Of a stretch of DNA of 64,000 nt, positions 1 to 17,341 are shown in pieces. The first letter of the stretch is position 1. Each line of letters begins with the position of its first letter. The translations under genes and the position numbers were made by a program. The notes under the pieces are model-generated. The model saw nothing but the letters and a program-made list of their open reading frames with translations. It was not told where the DNA came from and did no database searches. This DNA is from Phallusia mammillata (Eukaryota): contig OZ281500.1 in NCBI GenBank assembly GCA_965637545.1, forward strand, positions 8,990,001 through 9,054,000, given 5' to 3'.

Positions 1-29
1 AAAAAAAACCTATATTGTTGTTTGGTCAG

Positions 30-5523
<5,494 letters not shown>

Positions 5524-7104
5524 ACGATTTGCCCGGAGTTGTAAGGATGAAGCAACTAAAGAGTGACACAACTTTTAACACTGTGCAAGGCTTATATCAT
5601 GCCGAGGACAGGACAGTGGTACTTTGTATTGACTCCCGACTTCGCTTGTAGTAAGCTTGTGGTTTTTGTAATGAAATGCATCGCATTGGGCTTTAGAAAG
5701 ACTGCAATCTGAACAGTGTACAAATACCTCAATAATTTGGCACCGTTTCGGCCAGGTGCTTGCTGATCACAAGCCTAGTTACGCAACATCGAGTTTATTA
5801 TGTTGTTTTGTTCGAAAGCTAGCACAGAATAGATTTAGACTCATGTCACAGCTATTCCGGCAATTAGTCTCCCATTATGAAACATGTTTATGTGAATTGT
5901 ACACTGCTTATTACAAAATGACCAGCAAAATGTACAAACTGTTCGGTACCAAAGTAACTTGTCTTTTTGATTGATACAGATTTTTTGTAAAAGAAAGTTT
6001 TTTGTTATAGATTTTTTTTCATTTGCCGCATGTTTTTTGTGCTTTTGTTTGCATCAAGTGGATCTCTTGTGTGTGATTTACATATTAAGTTTAGTGGAAT
6101 ACAATACCTGCGCACATAAAACAGTACTTATTACAATGGTACTCAAAACGCAATGGAAAAAATGATTTTTTGCCATAGGGGTTACCAACTAATTTTAAAT
6201 ATTTCCAATTGTTTTGAATAGAACAGCTAAATCTCTCTGTGTCTCATACAGTCGGTGCGCAGCAGACTCCACGTGTAGGCGACAAATAAAGGCTATGTCT
6301 GTTCAGCGTGCACCTTCTGCAGCAAGCAAGCTTTGCTGAAGAGCTTTCAGTCTCGTTTCGCATGGGTGCACATGGTCAATGGTGTTGCACCATAGTGCGC
6401 TTGAAATTGGTCTGTGGCATTGTTGTCGGGGTTAAGGTGAAGCTGGGCGATGGGGTTGAGTGAGATGAGAGATAGAGAACGAGAAATAGAGGAACACTAA
6501 AACAATTAATAGGTTTCTATTGAGAGTAAATTCTAGTTGGTCCCAGCCAAGGCTTGTGCAAAGTCGCAAGTAGTATATTTTAAAGTAATTTGAATCTAAT
6601 ATTTTTAAATATTGTTTGCTCCGGTTAGCTTTGTGTAGCTGAGTTCCATCTGCATTTGTGTAGTAAATCTTGTTTTATGCAGTTTGGTTACTGCTCAATT
6701 GCAACAAACAATGTATTTTTACTGTACAACGGTTTTACGCAGGTCCGTGAATCATTTAGGCCCTAAATTTTAGGGGAAAAATCAATTGGGATAGGACTGG
6801 GAAACAGAGTTCAGCACTATAGCTAGGTGGCAAGTCTGAATCAAGTTGAGTGCTTTTAAAGATCGTTTTCAAGTATTTGAAACGAGCAGGCCAAGCCTCC
6901 CATCTACCGTCTGTGGTTTGCCCTAATCCAAATAATTTAGCAGTAGCCTATATTGTGACATAAAGCAAAGATTAAAAAGTCGTTTGGAAACGAGCCTCTC
7001 AAAAGTGCGCTGACAGTTAAACGTTGTGCCTCTTTACATACTTCAAATACCTGACACTACCAGTGCAATAAAGCTTGGAGTACATTAGATGAAAATCCAC
7101 AAAC

Positions 7105-7630
7105 CAGACTTGGACAACTAGATAATTCTAGTTGTCTAGTTGGGCAAATTAGAGCAAAATGGCGGTAATTGTAGTTCTAATCTAATTTAGAATTATCGAG
7201 TAAGCTCTAATTCTAATTCTAATCTAATTCACAGTTTTCCCAAAATTGCTAGTTTGTCCAACGGCACTTTTAGGCATGTGATCTGAGCATGCATTTTTTA
7301 ACCATAACGCACAAAACCATGCAATTAACAAGACCAAACTACATCACTGAAACACGTTTATCAGTGAAATTTGGCACTCAGCTCCGTTTAAACACGTTTT
7401 AGACGCACCGAATCGTATTGTTTTAAATGTGCAAATCTACAAGTTTAAATTTGAAACAAACTAAAGTTGATTGGCTTAAATCTAATTCTAGTTTGAATTC
7501 TAGTTTAATTTCTAGATTTTGAGAAAATTCTAATTCTAATTCTAATCTAATTTGCAAAAAAAGGAGATGCTCTAATTTTAATTCTAATCTAATTTGAAAA
7601 ACCGAAAAAAAATCTAGTTGTCCAAGTCTG
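7105..7630. mobile_element. hAT-type MITE, family A (526 bp)
   Basis: TIR cagacttggacaact...agttgtccaagtctg. Exact 8-bp TSD ccacaaac (7097-7104 / 7631-7638). AT-rich subterminal ttctaattcta repeats; no ORF. Second copy at 10885. Confidence 0.92.
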
Positions 7631-8079
7631 CCACAAACCAGGCGACTCTGATAAGAGTAACCTCGCTCCAAGCAAACAATTCAACGACCAACCATATCGC
7701 GAGGCGTTGCAACTTTTTTCCTACATGTTTATTCACAACCCACAGAGTTGTACCGTAGCCGGTACAGTGCATAGAAACTACAAGTACTCCTTGAACATGA
7801 CAAAGCGTACGCACTGTACTGTTGGCTGTGATGTGATCAAAAACCGTTTGGCAATATAGATCCAATCTTTCTTTAAGTTTCTTTTGTCGGTTGAACTAGA
7901 AAGCAGTTCTATCAGTAATATTTTGTTGGCAACTGGAATAGGTATTTCAGTCAAAAATAACAATTTTAGGTTTAAGTTCTTTGTATACCAAAGTTTATGT
8001 ACTCTGAAGATGCATGTTTTGTTTGTTTTGAGACTTTTTAACAGAATCAGGTTGCCATTAGTTAACACATTAAGGAACA

Positions 8080-9659
8080 ATGCCTACCTATAAACTTTGC
8101 TACTTCGACATTCGCGGATTGGGCGAAATGATTCGTCTCATGTTCAAAGATGCTGGTGTTGAGTTTGAAGACTGCCGAGTAAATTTCAACGACTGGACTC
8201 CGATAAAACCAAGTAAGTGGCAAAAAACAGTACATATATAACCTGCATTACAAGTATAGATTTATATTGGATTATTTTTGCAGCGATGCCTTTTGGTAAA
8301 ATGCCTGTGTTATTTGTGGACGGCAAACCGTTGGCCCACAGTCGAGCAATTGTGCGGTATCTTGCAAGAGAGTTAAATTATTCCGGGCAAAATTCGTTCG
8401 AAACAGGAGAGATTGACGTCTGGTTTGAAACTTTGTTTGAGTTATTCGACAAACTTCCATGGTCGGAAAATGATGAAACTAAAAAGGTAAGTCGAGTATA
8501 GGCTAAGAAGTCGAGACGTAATGCTTACTACGTCATTGTTTCCAGGCGGAGCTAATCATCAAGTTTATGAAGGAAGAGGCAGGGCCAAAATTTGAGAAAC
8601 TGGAAGCGCAGATCAAGGCAAATGGTGGGCCATATGTGATGGGCAAGGTATGTCGGACTTTTATGTGATCGTTTGTGTAAAAATGTTCGCTGCTAAAAGT
8701 TAAACTTTAGAAAGTCCCTATTGTCCTCATACTTGGAATGTGGTTGGATATTTACCGTCATCAGACCACTTCGGCGTAGTTTTTATTAGAGATGTACCGA
8801 ATATTCGGTTTGCCGAATTTATTCGGCCGAATCGGCCACTTTTGCAAAGATTCGGTTTCGGCCGAATAATTTGTTGCGATTCGGCGGAAACCGAATCTTT
8901 TATGAACACACATTTGAAGCGTTAAGCGTGTCTTTCCTGCTAAGTACATCAGTTATTATATTTTTTACCACATTATCGTTTTCCCCACTGCAGACAACTA
9001 AATAGTAATTTATTGTCGGGTTGGAAATTATGCTTAAGGCAATGTTAAACCCCACAGAACTGAAATAAGGACGAAACACAACCATTCTGCACTAATTGCC
9101 TGGTAGATAAACTAATGTTTTCATGTCAAACGCGTACCGTACGACTTCGCGTGACGTCATAAATGATTCGGTTGATTCGGCCGAATTTATTCGGCAAAAC
9201 CGCCGAATATTCGGTTTCGGTCGAATCGAAATTTCGCCGATTCGGTACATCACTAGTTTTTATCACAACAAAAGGACAGCCATACGATCCTATGCTAATT
9301 TCTTTGTCACCAGCAGATGAGACCTGATATTGGTCGAAACAGTGTGTCTGGTCTAAAACTTATCAAAATCTTATACTTTTCTTAAGAGTGCATGATTAAA
9401 AATTTATTACCTTTAATTTGGTTTTAGGAAAGTAACTTTCGATATAACTTTCCTAATAGTCATGTTCAAATAACATTGTGTCTTATTTTAGAACGCGACA
9501 TTTGTCGATTTTGCGATGTTGGGGCTTGCCGACCTGTTTCTGAGTAAGTTTAAAATCGCACTTGATGATTATCCGGGAGTCATGAAGCAGCTTAAAGCAA
9601 TGAGAGAAAGGCCAAACGTGGCGGCATGGATTGCCAAAAGACCAAGCAGTGATTTTTAA
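8080..9659 (+). CDS. Glutathione S-transferase, sigma-class-like (GST-1)
   Basis: Exons 8080-8212, 8284-8486, 8546-8647, 9492-9659. [20 protein letters not shown] (catalytic Tyr motif), MPFGKMPVLFVDG, HSRAIVRYLARE, RPNVAAWIAKRP. Confidence 0.93.
8787..9255. mobile_element. hAT-type MITE in GST-1 intron 3
   Basis: TIR tagagatgtaccgaat / attcggtacatcacta (1 mismatch). Exact TSD gtttttat (8779-8786 / 9256-9263). Subterminal ccgaat/attcgg repeats at both ends. Confidence 0.9.
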
Positions 9660-9801
9660 GCGGCAGTCATTTGTAATAATGACTCGTATGTCGGCTATTT
9701 TCCAATAAATCAATTTCATGTACATTATCGGTTGGTTATTTGCGTCTCTCATAGCCAGTTTTGTTGCACAAAAACAAGCAAAAACTCTGCATGGCTCATG
9801 A

Positions 9802-10042
9802 GTGACTAAGCAAATATTTGGCTTCAATATATGACTTGGCAAATATGGCCGACGTGACTATAATGTCTTGGAATAGTCCTGTGGCGGTTAGAGATAACGT
9901 GCTGCTTTAATTATGTTTGACGTCCATTGGTATTTGTTTTAGATGCCACAGCAAACATGCGCCACATAACTTTACCATCATGTGTCACTATGCTTGTTGC
10001 GTCCAAGTGCACGTGAACAAAATAAGATACGATGACGCAGCA
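9802..10042 (+). promoter_or_regulatory. Cluster of antioxidant-response-element (ARE; Nrf2/CncC-sMaf) motifs upstream of GST-2
   Basis: gtgactaagca (9802-9812), atgacttggca (9831-9841) and atgacgcagca (10032-10042), each followed by an AT-rich tetramer. They fit the RTGAYnnnGCRwwww consensus. Function is inferred. Confidence 0.7.
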
Positions 10043-10333
10043 AAATCTCGCAATGTAAGCAAGTTCTCGAAGCAATCGTGGTATGTTGTGGAGACGCGGC
10101 AACGTATCGTTACTAAATGAGGTGTGGCCGTTGCCACTGCGCCCTAAAGCATGGCATGCGTGACCGACTGGAGCATGACTAATGTTCTTTCATCCGTTGC
10201 CAAGTAATCAATCACCTTCTCTTGCTTAAAGCCTGCGGCACGAACGGAAACGTATGGCTGCGCATGCGCGTGTAGAAAAGACTGAGCATTGGACCCAGGG
10301 CGTGTACAAGGCTGTGTACAAGGAAGTTCGATT

Positions 10334-10521
10334 TGGTATTGTTTTGCAGCTAACAGAATTTACACAGAACTAAGAAACCTGTATTTGTCAACATGCCTGT
10401 ATACACGTTAACATACTTTCCTGCCCGTGGTATTGTTTTGCAGCTAACAGAATTTACACAGAACTAAGAAACCTGTATTTGTCAACATGCCTGTATACAC
10501 GTTAACATACTTTCCTGCCCG
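10334..10521 (+). repeat. Exact 94-bp tandem duplication spanning the 5'UTR splice acceptor and the first codons of GST-2
   Basis: 10334-10427 is identical to 10428-10521 (tggtattgttttgcag...tttcctgcccg). It creates an upstream ATG at 10393. Confidence 0.95.
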
Positions 10522-12759
10522 AGGTATCGCCGAGATGTCTCGGTATGTGTTTGCAGAGGCTGGTGTGCAATACGAAGACATTCGCGTTACAGGAGACGAA
10601 TGGCCGAAACTGAAGCCAAGTGAGTAGCTTTTTAATTCAAAGTAAACAAATTTGAAACTGTTTTGACCTATAAGATTTTTTCACTGTCGCTGAAAGAAAG
10701 ACACAGGGGCCTTACACGCAAGTGTAGCTTGGTTTCAGCTCACTGTTATCTATGTATTTGTATTAATATATGTAACCGGTGTTCTTACGTTACAGTTTTT
10801 AGCAAATCATGTCAATTTTGCTATACTGTACAGTAGCAGAAACAGGCCTCTGACGCTAATTTACAAGCTAACGGCGGCTGTGTGCAGACTTGGACAACTC
10901 GATAATTCTAGTTATCTAATTCGTCAAATTAGAGCAAAATGGCGGTAATTCTAATTCCAATCTAATTTAGACATACCGAGTAAGCTCTATTTCTAATTCT
11001 AGTCCAATTCACAATTTTCCCCAAAACGCTAGTTTGTCCAACACAGTGGTTCCCAAACTTTTTCATATTTTTTTCTAAACGGTCCCTTTGCCATTATTTC
11101 GAGGGCTCGCGGTCCTTAAGCCTCATAAAAACGAAAGTTGATTGCAGGATTTTAGCTAGTTGTGCAAAATTGCGCATAACAATCATTCAAAGACAGCATG
11201 TGACATCACAAACAGGACAAAAAATATTACGATTGTGCGCGAACAATTGCATTTTTGATAGTTGTCATTCAATAAAGGCCATTGTTTAGCAATGGAGACA
11301 GTCGATTCTCAATTCTACTTTGATTTAAACTTATTTAGTGGCACAAACTGACGCCAAATAAGATTATAGAATTACTTCAACCGCTTCGCGGTCCCCCCAA
11401 AATTGCCTCACGGACCCATAAAGGACCGCGGACCCCAGTTTGGGAACCGCTGGTCTAACAGCATTTTTATGCATGTAATACAAGTATGCGTTTTATGTCC
11501 AAAGCGAACATAGCTATGTCACCAACAAGGCCAACCCACATCATTGAAACATGTAAACGAGTTTTAACCACGCTGAATTATACAGTTCAAAACGTGTAAA
11601 TCGTGGAGTTTAAATTTGCAATGTACTACAGTTGGTTGGTTTTAAATCTAATTCTAGTTCGAATTCTAGTTTAATTTATGTTTTTTTTAAAAAAAGTGGT
11701 AATTCTAATTCTAATATAATTTGTAAAAACTGGGATGCTCTAGTTTTAATTCTAATCTTATTTGAAAAAACGAAAAAAAATCTAGTTGTCCAAGTCTGGC
11801 TGTGTGGGAACGCCCGGAATGAATTTGGTCAAATTGATAAACCATACAAAAAAAATTACAGACACACCCTTCGGCAAAATGCCGTATTTAACTGTGGACG
11901 GCAAATATGTCGCCCATAGCCGTGCCATTGTTCGCTTCCTGGGCAGAGAATTTCGTTTGGATGGAGAAGATTCATTAACCGCTGCTAGACTCGATGTATG
12001 GATAGAACAACTATTTGAAACCTACTCTTCTATGCCTTGGACGGAAGAGGACGAAGACCAAAAGGTATTATAGACCAGCGGTCGGCAACCTTTTTATGAC
12101 TGCCGACCGTTTTTGATACTGAATTTTTATCGCGGACCGGCCTTTAAAAAACTACAAATATTTAGCAATGAAAACGCACAAATTCGTTTATCATCGCCGG
12201 GATACATGGGCAAAATGTTTTAAAGTATTTAGCTTGAAAAACTATACGGCCCGGTAAAGAACTCGTCGCGGACCGGCGGTTGCCAATCACTGTTATAGAC
12301 GAGGTTAGAAATCATATGCTCATCACACCGAATGATATGTTTTTTGTAGGCTAAGTTGCTGGCAACGTGGGAAAAAGAGACTCTTGCGCCAAAGCTTGAG
12401 AAGTTAGAGGCGGAAATAAATGCGGCTGGAGGTCCTTTTTTCCTTGGCAAGGTAATTAATCTTTTCAGTTTTCTATCATTTTTCAGTCGGAAGACTCAAA
12501 ATAAACTATGCACAATTTGAAAAACATTGCACGCGAGTTGCAGTGGCCAGGCGTTATGCTTAATTTCAAAACATATCATTATGCCTTACAGGATGTTTCC
12601 ATTTTGGATTTTGTCATTTTGCCAATTTGCGAATTTATGAAAGGAAAGTGGAACCTTGACTTGGCGCAGTTCTGCACGTTGACGAAGCTAAGGGAAGCCG
12701 TGGCTGCTCGACCAAACATCGCTGCCTGGATCAAGAATCGCCCCGAAACTCCATTGTAG
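10487..12759 (+). CDS. Glutathione S-transferase, sigma-class-like (GST-2)
   Basis: Exons 10487-10619, 11862-12064, 12350-12451, 12592-12759. MPVYTLTYFPARGIAEMSRY, TPFGKMPYLTVDG, RPNIAAWIKNRPETPL*. Confidence 0.93.
10885..11798. mobile_element. hAT-type MITE, family A, in GST-2 intron 1, carrying a nested element
   Basis: Same TIR as the 7105 copy. Exact TSD gctgtgtg (10877-10884 / 11799-11806). The paralog GST-3 has the empty site (gcgactgtgtgggaacg, ~14955). Confidence 0.92.
11044..11452. mobile_element. hAT-type MITE, family B, nested in family A
   Basis: TIR cagtggttcccaaact / agtttgggaaccgctg. TSD gtccaaca / gtctaaca. The uninterrupted host site is visible in the 7105 copy. Confidence 0.88.
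12076..12292. mobile_element. hAT-type MITE in GST-2 intron 2
   Basis: Imperfect TIR cagcggtcggcaacc / ggttgccaatcactg. Exact TSD ttatagac. Absent from the matching GST-3 intron (gtattaaagacgaggtt). Confidence 0.88.
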
Positions 12760-12929
12760 CACATTTAATCGTTGTTTTGTTTGTTGTTTAAATATCGAAA
12801 ATTGGTCGATTTGTCTCATAATAAAATTGCATGATACACACTCACAATATAATACAGGGTTTCTTGTGGGTTAGCTTTTCAATTGCCGATGGGTCTATTT
12901 CTTGGTCTAGTCTAGCCATTCACCTAAGG

Positions 12930-13301
12930 CAGTGGTGGCCAAACTACGGCCCGCGGGCCGCATCCGGCCCCCAGTCCTGTTTCATCCGGCCCGCCAAACA
13001 CATTGCCTGGTTTTTTTTCCAAGCACCATATTTACCACTGTGAACAAGCAGTTCAACAGCGCTGGCTGCTACTAGCAGTAGCTTGTGGCACGCGTTGTTA
13101 TTTTTAGAATAAATGCCCTTGCAGCGTTATTTTTAGAACAGTCTGCCAACCACGACGTATGACGTAACTACAATAATATATATTTTAATAAAGATGGCAA
13201 CCAGTTACGACAAATTTTACGTAAAACTCATTTAATCCGGCCCTCCAGTGGCAAGACAGTTGCAAATTTGACGCTCTGGTAAAAAAGTTTGGCCACCCCT
13301 G
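12930..13301. mobile_element. hAT-type MITE downstream of GST-2
   Basis: TIR cagtggtggccaaact / agtttggccacccctg. Exact TSD acctaagg. Subterminal ggcccgc/ccggccc motifs. Confidence 0.9.
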
Positions 13302-13727
13302 ACCTAAGGTATAAGGATAGGTGGTACGAAGCGATAGAGAAAGTTGTCAGGTGGTACGCGGTCGGTATAAGATTGAGAACCACTGTTTTAATCAACTTGT
13401 ATTGAGTTTATTTGAGTTTTTCGTGATCGTTTGTCTAAAAATGTTTGCAGCTAAAAGTGTCGTCTGATTCCTAACTTTGACCCAGTTTGTTCACAACATT
13501 AAAAACGGCTATACTAGCATATGCGACCCAAATCACCAGTATATAAGACCTTTATAGGTCGAAAGAAGTGTGTCTTGTTAAAAGCTTATACTTATCATTA
13601 AACAAAAATGCTTAGATACAGTGCATTTCTCAAGAGTGCATGATATCAAATTTATTACCTTTAATTTGGTTTTTAAAAAGTCAACTTTCCTAAAAGTAAT
13701 TTTCTATCTATATTATGTGTTACTTAC

Positions 13728-13895
13728 AACGTGACGTTTGTCGATTTTGAGATGTTGGGGCTTGTCGATCTGTTTCTAAGTAAGTTTAAAATTGCACTTG
13801 ATGATTATCCAGGAGTCACGAAGCAGCTTAAAGCAATGAGAGAACGGCCAAACGTGGCGGCATGGATTGCCAAAAGACCAAGCAGTGATTTTTAA
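13728..13895 (+). pseudogene. Orphan copy of GST-1 exon 4 with a destroyed splice acceptor
   Basis: 168 bp aligning to 9492-9659 with the frame still open (NVTFVDFEMLGL...RPSSDF*). The acceptor ttttag is replaced by acttac. No copies of exons 1-3 lie upstream. Confidence 0.85.
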
Positions 13896-14033
13896 ACGGC
13901 AGACATTTGCAACAATGACTCGCATGTCGGCTATTTTCCAATAAATCAACTTCATGTACATTGTCGGTTGGTTATTTGCGCCTCTCATAGCCAGTTTTGT
14001 TGCACAACAACGAGTAAATCTTTGCATGGATCT

Positions 14034-14349
14034 ATGACTAAGCAAATATTTAGCTTCAATATGACTTGGCAAATATGACCGACGTGACTAATGTCTTGGA
14101 ATAGTCCTGTGGCGCTTACAGATAACGTGCTGCTTTAATTATGTCCGATGTCCATTGATATTTGTATAAGATGACACAGCAAACATGTGGAACATGACAC
14201 ATCGAAATCCCGAACTATAAGCAAGTTCTCGAAGCAATCGTGGTATGTTGTGGTTAAGACGCGACAACGCATCGTTACTAAATGAGGTGTGGCCGATGCC
14301 ACTGCGCAGTGAAGCATGGCGCACGCGACCGACTCGAGCATGACTAAGC
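14034..14349 (+). promoter_or_regulatory. ARE motif cluster upstream of GST-3
   Basis: atgactaagca (14034-14044), atgacttggca (14061-14071), atgacacagca (14171-14181), atgactaagc(t) (14340-14349). Confidence 0.7.
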
Positions 14350-14431
14350 TTTTTCCTCCGTTGCTGAGTAACCAATTACCTTCTCTTGTTTAACCCCTGC
14401 GGCACGAACGGAAACGAAGTGTTTGCGCGTG

Positions 14432-14439
14432 TATAAAAG
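14432..14439 (+). promoter_or_regulatory. TATA box of GST-3
   Basis: tataaaag just upstream of a putative non-coding exon ending at donor 14490 (5'UTR intron 14490-14625). The matching GST-2 site reads tagaaaag. Confidence 0.55.
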
Positions 14440-14669
14440 GCTGAGGAATGGACCTAAAGCGTGTACAAGGCTGTGTAAAGTTCGATTCGGTAACTTGACG
14501 CCTAAAGTCACTGCGCCGAAATGGCTATTGTTGAAAGTTGTTGTGTAGGGTCTGTCGGCAGCAGTTTACAAGTGATTTGAGATACAAGTGACTTGTACGT
14601 TGTGTTTCAACCTGATTTTTTGCAGCTAACAGGTTTTACACAGAGCTAAAAAAAGTTGTATTTGTCAAC

Positions 14670-15698
14670 ATGCCTGCATACAAGTTAACATACTTTGATG
14701 TCCGAGGTTTGGCCGAAATGTCTCGGTATGTGTTTGCAGAGGCCGGTGTGCAATACGAAGACGTTCGCATCAAAAGCGATGATTGGCCGAAACTGAAGCC
14801 CAGTAAGTAGCTTTTCAATCAAACTAAACAAATTTGATACGTAAGTGTGGCCATGGTTATAGCTCACTGCTTTTTATGTATATGAAGCATTTGACTTTTA
14901 CTATACTGTACTGTAACAGAAACAGGCCTCTAACGCTAAACTAACAAGATAGCGGCGACTGTGTGGGAACGCCCGGAATGAATTTGGTCAAATTGGTAAA
15001 TCATACAAAATCTACAGGCACACCCTTCGGCAAAATGCCGTATTTGTCTGTGGACGGCAAAGAGGTCGCCCATAGTCGTGCCATTGTTCGCTTCCTGGGC
15101 AGAGAATTTCGTTTGGATGGAGGAGATTCATTAACCGCTGCTAGACTCGATGTGTGGATAGAACAACTATTTGAAACCTACTCTTCTATGCCTTGGACGG
15201 AAGAGGACGAAGACAAAAAGGTATTAAAGACGAGGTTACATAATCAATTGGTCATCACACCAAATTATATGTTTTTTGTAGGCTAAATTGCTGGCAACTT
15301 GGGAAAAAGAGACTTTGGAACCAAAGCTTAAGAAGTTGGAGGCTGAAATAAATGCGACTGGAGGTCCCTACTTCCTTGGAAAGGTAATTGGCCGATCTTT
15401 TCAGTTTTCTATCATTTTTTAGTCGGACGGCGATAAATGAATTATGCATAATTTGGAAAACATTGCGCTGTCCAACGTGAGGTGCTGTGGCGTTATTCTT
15501 AATTTCAAGGAATATTATTATGCATTACAGGATGTTTCCATTTTGGATTTGGTCATTTTCTCAATTTGTGAATTTATGAAAGCGAAGTGGAACCTTGACT
15601 TTGCGCAGTTCTGCACGTTGACGAAGCTAAGGGAAGCCGTGGCAGCTCGACCAAACATCGCTGCGTGGATCAAGAAACGCCCCGAATCTACTATTTAA
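14670..15698 (+). CDS. Glutathione S-transferase, sigma-class-like (GST-3), close paralog of GST-2
   Basis: Exons 14670-14802, 15018-15220, 15282-15383, 15531-15698. MPAYKLTYFDVRGLAEMSRY, TPFGKMPYLSVDG, RPNIAAWIKKRPESTI*. Confidence 0.93.
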
Positions 15699-16625
15699 CA
15701 CGTTTAATCGTTTTTTTGTTGTTACTCGAAAATTGGTCGATTTGCCTCATAATAAAATTGCATGATACACACTCACAATGTAATACAGAGTTGGTTGCCA
15801 GTACGATTTTCAATACAGAATACGCTTTGCCTTTGCCAACTGATCTGTAGTTTTGGCGAGGTGAGGTTAATTCGCTTGATGGAAAAAAAGAGACACCATT
15901 GCATTGAAATAATTGCCGAGCCGGAAGTAGCTGCATGACGTCATGTGACAAGGCAACCATAAGAAAACGCACTGGATCAATAGGTTAATATATTGCAACC
16001 TGAGAAATATAAAAACGAGTTTCACAAAACACATGCACTCGCTCGTTTTAAAGGCGTTAGATAAACTTTAGGTAACAGTTTGTAAATCGGTTTAACTTGG
16101 TGTTTAAAAATACACTTCATTTTTTTGTAAAGATCATCTTAAAAAAATTTAACACAAAAATGTAAACGTTTGTCATAAAACGTGCCTCACAAAGTATATT
16201 TCCAGCAGCAACGCGATATACTGTATTTAAAACATTTTTACAAACCAAACGGAGTTTGCAGGCAAAGCACAGCGTAAAGTTTATTGCAGGCACGGGTGTT
16301 TCCTGGTGTCAAATAGGTAAAGAATTCCAACAGTTGTCGTGTACACCACATAACAAAAACAAATGTGTAAGATACAAAGTGATTTGCATTTGATAGTAAC
16401 AATAATAAGATTCCTGCTGCAATAAACTAAAATCCACATTTTTAGTGCCATGAAGTGTTTTAAAGCAATTTGTATCGAGTTTTTGAACCAACTGGTATAT
16501 TGTGACCACTTTTAAAATGTTTGTCTGGCTATTATTTTTTTAGTGCCTGTATTGTATTTCTGTTTCACTTTTTGCTTAAGCCCATAAACCACAACTCGTT
16601 TTGTAGAAAAAAAAGTCTAAATCGT

Positions 16626-16671
16626 GTTACATAGATAGGAAGGTTACATAGATAGGAAGGTTACATAGATA
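16626..16671. repeat. 17-bp minisatellite, about 2.7 copies
   Basis: Unit gttacatagataggaag. Confidence 0.85.
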
Positions 16672-17341
16672 CAGGAGCCCCAAAAGTATAAAGGCTCTAT
16701 TTAACAGTTACCAAAGAAATACCTCAGTATAGATGGCTTTACGTTCGGGAAAGGAAACTATTTTCTCGCTTGGTAATTTCGATTGGCCCGTTTGTGTATA
16801 GATCAATGGAATAAAACCATGGTGACGTGCTGCCATTGGGCACCAGTATGTACAATGCAGATTGGAATTTCCCAGCATTCGCTTCGCGTCTAAAATTCTA
16901 GGTATTGTATAAGAAAACTGCTTGTCCTCACACAGCTTCCTGTCGTTGTGCCAGTGTACGTTCACCATCATGCTGCCTGACAAGCGAAAACGTTATGCAT
17001 ATCATTGTTGACAGCCCAGTTAGTGCTGAATCCATACGCACCCAGCAGTCATTATAAAGGAAGTCAAACAGTATTTTTAGGCTAAAGGCTCGTCAATTTA
17101 ATGTGGTAAAGCTTTGCGGACGCCACAAGAAAACATACTGCCTTAGCCTAAGTGGCAAAGGTTCTACAAGCGGGGCAGATTTAACGCAGAGATCACGACG
17201 TAAACTTGACTCAGGAATTGCAACTTTGGCAATGCAAATTTACTATTGTGACGTAATTGTTTAAATATTTTGTATTCGTGTCAGCTGTAGGTACAATTTG
17301 TGAGATACTAATTCTTGCTGCAAAAGCATTTGTCATTAACA

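Noticed and set aside
6235-7090. Possible LINE or LTR remnant (minus-strand KIYYTNADG resembles an APE endonuclease start)
   Set aside because: No further endonuclease or RT motifs, several stops, and no LTR pair or PBS.
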